Source of the DNA: an uncultured delta proteobacterium
GTDB taxonomy: Bacteria; Desulfobacterota; Binatia; UBA9968
Direction: 5' to 3'
Assembly: GCA_963745835.1 (NCBI GenBank)
Contig: CAVUZH010000013.1
Span: forward strand, 480,001-544,000
DNA length: 64,000 bases
The translations under genes and the position numbers were made by a program. The notes under the pieces are model-generated. The model had not been told where the DNA came from, made no database searches, and was given only the letters and a program-made list of their open reading frames with translations. Position 1 is the first letter of the stretch. Each line of letters opens with the position of its first letter. Below are positions 61,864 to 64,000 of the stretch, in pieces.

Positions 61864-62303
61864 TAACTGATTGAAACGCGATTTTCAGGCGCAGACAAGC
61901 GACAAGCGTTCCAGCCAAGATTCCTCAGCCTAGTCAATCAGCATGTGCTTGCCGGAGCCGGATGCGACTGACGGGCAATCATTCGAGAAGACGCACTTGG
62001 AACTGTGGATTTATTTGCGCAGCAAATGCGCTGAGAGTTAGGGATTGATCAAACCCAGTCAACGTCCTGGCGCAACTAAGACGCGGTTTCGCGCGAGCGG
62101 CTCGGTGCTTGGAACGGATCAGAATTCACGCGCGCGATTTCTCCGCTTGCATTCGCAAGTTCACACAATCGCAGCGCAGTAATGCCCTCGCCGGTTGGCG
62201 CCTGAATCTGCTGTTCCTCGCTTACGTGCCTGTCAGGACCAATGTCCGACGGCGCGAGAGTACTCGCGATGGATCTAGCGATGATTCCCAACCGAGGCAG
62301 TCT

Positions 62304-62942
62304 TTAGGAATTCAGCTTAGCCGACGGCCATCCGTAGATCCCTAAGGTCGATTTTCCCGCCATGAGATCTCTCTTGGTTTGATCCTCTTTGGCTTCGCGC
62401 TTCTGCGCCGCTTCAAGAGTTGCGGAGATCTCGGCTGCCGGGATGACGATCACGCCGTCTCGATCGCCCACCACCAAATCGCCAGGGTTGATGGTAATGT
62501 CGCCGAGTAGGATCGGCCAGTTGATGTGCCCGCCGCCCTGCTTGTCTGTGCCGCGCACTGATAAGCCGCGCGAGAACACCGGCAAGCCAAGTTGTTCGAT
62601 CAAATCTGCGTCGCGCACGCAACCGTCGATCACCAGACCCGAGATCTTTCGCTGCTGCGCCGCAATCGTCATGATCTCGCCCCAATAACCGCCTTCGTAT
62701 CCGCGATTTACCTCCGCCACTATGATCGATCCAGGTTCAGCAGCGTAGATCGCCTGATGCAGCATGAGGTTGTCCATCGGTGGGGAACTGACCGTCACCG
62801 CCGGTCCCGCAACCTTCATCCGCGGCGAAATGGGTTTGATGTGATGGGGCAAAGCACCCTTCCTGCCCATCGCCTCGTGTAATGTTGCCGTGCCGAAGTG
62901 GATCGCACGGGAGATAACTGTTTCGTTTAATGAAGGAGCCAT
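62304..62942 (-). CDS. RraA-family HMG/CHA aldolase (LigK/ProA-like)
   Basis: TATLHEAMG, GPAVTV, DNLMLH, WGEIM, IDGCVRD, PGDLVVGDRDGV. Confidence 0.85.
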   Translation of the reverse strand: MAPSLNETVISRAIHFGTATLHEAMGRKGALPHHIKPISPRMKVAGPAVTVSSPPMDNLMLHQAIYAAEPGSIIVAEVNRGYEGGYWGEIMTIAAQQRKISGLVIDGCVRDADLIEQLGLPVFSRGLSVRGTDKQGGGHINWPILLGDITINPGDLVVGDRDGVIVIPAAEISATLEAAQKREAKEDQTKRDLMAGKSTLGIYGWPSAKLNS

Positions 62943-63157
62943 AAACCTTTCCGTTAATTTTTTATCTGACGTTATATTATTCGCCGTTCAAGATGTCTCA
63001 ATCGATCGGCGCCAAAACGATCTATTCCGCTTCATATCTCATCTACCAGAACCGTATCTGGCTCACGATGAATTCCCTGGCGTCGTTTAGCCGGTCCATC
63101 CTCTGCAATCAACACACTCGCCGCGATCTTGAGCTTCTGACGCCGGGCTCCTGCGTG

Positions 63158-63829
63158 TTACTTTCCTTTACCGGCATGGAGCATCCGCTCGTAACCAAGC
63201 TTCTCCAGCATCTCGAGACTGGAAGAACCCTTGCGAATTCCTTCCGCCATCTGAGCTTCCTTCTGAAAAACCATTTCCGCCGCGTCGAGCACCTCTTCTT
63301 CTTTTTCCCTTGGAATAAACACAACACCGCTACCGTCGGCGATCACCAGATCGCCGGGATGAACCTGAACGCCGGCGAATTGAATTTCCTGATTGAAGGA
63401 TTCCTGCATCACCCGCCCGCGCGCGGTCATAGGCACGACGCCGCGGGCATAAACAGGAAACTCTAGATCGCGCGCCTCATCGATGTCTCGACAAGCGCCA
63501 TCGATAACCGCTCCGCTCAGCCCTTTTAATTTCGCCGACAACGACAATAAGCCGCCCCAGGTGGAAAACTGTCGCTGCCCGCCATTGTCGATGACGATGA
63601 TATCCCCCGGCTGGGCCGCTTCGATGGCCGGCGTGCCGAGATGCTGGGTGGGCTGCTGTAAACCAACAGGCTTTATCTTAACTGTCACGGCGCGACCGAC
63701 GATGCGCGGGCACTGCCATTGCGGCCGCACTCCCCATGTAGCGCCGGCCAGTTTCATACTGTCCAACCCATCGGAAACCGAGCAAGTATCCAGCTTCGCC
63801 AGTCGTTCGATAATCGCTTCTCGCTGCAT
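63158..63829 (-). CDS. RraA-family protein (aldolase/decarboxylase-like)
   Basis: VSDGLD, GRAVTV, WGGLL, IDGACRD, PGDLVIADGSGVV. Confidence 0.85.
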   Translation of the reverse strand: MQREAIIERLAKLDTCSVSDGLDSMKLAGATWGVRPQWQCPRIVGRAVTVKIKPVGLQQPTQHLGTPAIEAAQPGDIIVIDNGGQRQFSTWGGLLSLSAKLKGLSGAVIDGACRDIDEARDLEFPVYARGVVPMTARGRVMQESFNQEIQFAGVQVHPGDLVIADGSGVVFIPREKEEEVLDAAEMVFQKEAQMAEGIRKGSSSLEMLEKLGYERMLHAGKGK

Positions 63830-64000
63830 ATCTCCCCGAGCGAGCTTGTTCGATGTGAAGCTTGGGATCAACCAGCAGCTCGTTTGCCGCTTACGCAGGC
63901 TCACTCGTCTACGAAACGTCTATCTGGAAAGCTCGGAGTGTGTCAAGGGAGAGACGATCAAACGGGACTACTTGAGACACGAAGTGCCAGTAATTGTTAT

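Overview
Chromosomal DNA of moderate-to-high GC content from a bacterium resembling the deltaproteobacteria. The many orphan SsuA/NMT1-type binding proteins, amidohydrolases and Rieske/cupin enzymes suggest Candidatus Binatia, but this is inference only. From left to right the window holds a 3'-truncated SWIM-finger SNF2 helicase, DUF72, AbgT, a hydantoinase/oxoprolinase operon (one A and two B subunits) and a SWIB protein. A housekeeping block follows: rpsO-pnp-M16 peptidase-dut-purB-purS-purQ-purL-purF, then nrdJ with two NrdR boxes, dciA, a tRNA methyltransferase and mlaEFDC. The remaining ~30 kb is accessory catabolic and envelope genes. purL and purF carry clustered +1 frameshifts, most likely sequence errors, and the 5' end of purQ is tandemly duplicated. 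No rRNA, tRNA, CRISPR array, transposase or integrase was seen. The most unusual signal is a dispersed intergenic repeat family built from T(T/G)GAAC units at 9-nt and 7-8-nt spacing, present at 7 loci. It forms inverted-repeat hairpins at some loci. At 42.4-46.1 kb it occurs as three direct ~135-bp copies that bracket two single co-oriented genes in a cassette-like way.
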